Of a stretch of DNA of 64,000 nucleotides, positions 62,421 to 64,000 are shown piece after piece. Below the pieces are notes generated by a model. That model was not told the origin of the DNA. It saw only the letters and a program-made list of their open reading frames with translations, and ran no database searches. How positions within the stretch are numbered: position 1 is the stretch's first letter; each line of letters opens with the position of its first letter. This DNA comes from Isurus oxyrinchus. Its lineage: Eukaryota. Both the position numbers and the translations under genes were made by a program. The DNA lies in NCBI GenBank assembly GCA_026770705.1, contig JANJGN010000042.1:5146001-5210000 (forward strand), written 5' to 3'.

Positions 62421-63692
62421 GGATGAAGACATTACCCAGGGTATCAATGAGTTAAAGCTTCAGATTGCTTCTACTGGAATGACAATTATCTCTATCATTT
62501 TTACTCTTCCAAAATAATGAGTGGGACATTCATTGTGGATACATGGAAACAGTCTGATACCATCCACTGCAGACACATCCCTGTCACCGGGAACCAGCTC
62601 TCTTACAACCGGTGCTGCCTCCCTTCAAGCCTTGGCATGTCTTAACTCTTACCAAGTATTCTCATTGTCCCGAAGCCGAAATTAGGTTTGAATTCCTGAT
62701 GTAAAGTAACGAGAATCCTTTCAATGTCACAGATCAGTTAATTTCACTGATAACATCAGAGTCAATGTTCCAGCGTCTGACAGAAGGGAAAGGTGCCTTG
62801 ACTGTCTCTGGTCAATCGGACAGTTCACCCTTTATTCTCCTCTGAGTCCGGTTCCCAAACAGTTTCTAAAGATTCACAAAGATGGAGACTGGCTTTTCTG
62901 TTTTCGTTCCTTCTCCATTTTCCCACCTGCCAACTGACAATATTTTCCAAAATCTCGTCTCAATCCTCCGACTTGCATCATGTCCAGAGATGAGGAAATT
63001 CAGTTTTGTGGAGAGATTGTAGAGACCGGGAATGTTCTCTTTAGAGCAAAGAAGTTTAAGTGGAGATTTCATTGAGCTGTTCAAAATGAGGTGGGTGGGG
63101 GCAGTGGGGACAGGCGGCTTGATGATGCAGATCGGGAGAAATTGTTTCCACTGACAGGGGTCAGTAACCACAGGATTGGGGTTTAAAGATAGTGAAGGAA
63201 AGACAAACTTGTCTTTATACAGCACATTCCTGACCAGCGGATGTCTGAAACCACTTTCAAACCCATTAAGCCCTTGTTGAAATAAAAACAGAAAATGCTT
63301 GAGAAACTCAGCAGGTTTTGCTTTCCACAGACGCTGTCAGACTTGCTGTGTTATACCTGCGTTTAATGTTTTGATTTCAGATTTCCAGTATTTTGCTTTT
63401 ATTGAAGTACTTTCTGAAGGAGAGTCATTGTTCTCATGCAGGGAACACGGCAGCCAATCACTGCTCAGCGAACAGGGTGGAGGGTTTTGGAAATTGAAAG
63501 TTACACATGTGCAGCTTGTGGGACTATTTCATCTCACTGTCGGTTTCATGTTCCAGCTCACAGCAACTGTTGTTTTCATTGACTGAAGAAGTCTTGAACC
63601 GAAACAAGCAGTTTTGTGCGGAGAGACCTGAACTGAATAACAATAGGTAAAAGCAGCGTAGATAAGCCGAATCGAAAAATGCTAGCGTCGCT

Positions 63693-63758
63693 TTCGTAGT
63701 GGTCTACTGGTTAGGATTCGGGGCTCTCACTACCCCGGTTCGAGTCCCGGTCAGGGAA
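63693..63758 (+). pseudogene. tRNA-Glu(CTC) pseudogene
   Basis: GTGGTCTACTGGTTAGGATTCGGGGCTCTCAC...GGTTCGAGTCCCGGTCAGGGAA with internal deletion. Confidence 0.75.
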
Positions 63759-64000
63759 TGTCATTTTATTGTATTTGGTGAAACGAGTGTTGATCAGTGA
63801 TTGATTAAAACGCTTAAAAACTCCACCATAATCAGAGAAGTGAGAGTTCAAGTTTCGCCTCAGGTCTGGTAAAGAATCTCACTCGTTGAGTGGCAGTGAA
63901 GGGAAGAGGAGAGGAGAAGGGCTGTTTGCAAGGCACTGACCAGAGAAATATTTGTGTGAGGCAAAATATGGATGGGAGCAGTACGAATTTTGCTGCCTAC

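Overview
Vertebrate (cartilaginous fish, shark-type) genomic DNA. 1-22.0 kb: an apparently intact, non-germline-joined IgM heavy-chain cluster on the + strand. It comprises the 3' end of VH (23-RSS), D1 (12/22-RSS), D2 (12/12-RSS), a single JH (23-RSS), an 8.2-kb J-C intron with a partly N-masked pyrimidine-rich satellite, Cmu1-Cmu4 with secretory tailpiece, and TM1 and TM2, all with in-phase GT/AG splice sites. 24-64 kb: a tRNA-gene region built from shuffled and inverted segmental copies, with 3 intact-looking tRNAs (Ser-TGA, Ser-AGA, Glu-CTC), 2 near-intact ones (Asn with an ATT anticodon, Thr-TGT) and many pseudogenes. It also holds a frameshifted C2H2 zinc-finger gene, CR1/L2-type LINE relics, minisatellites and Penelope-like (GIY-YIG) insertions. 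Most striking: at least four Penelope-like insertions share a head-to-head architecture (element 3' ends facing outward at both junctions) with exact 13-14 bp target-site duplications and minimal hammerhead-ribozyme-like motifs. The largest is a ~2.3-kb near-perfect palindrome inserted into a tRNA-Val pseudogene. All calls were made by eye; family names rest on remembered motifs, not database searches.
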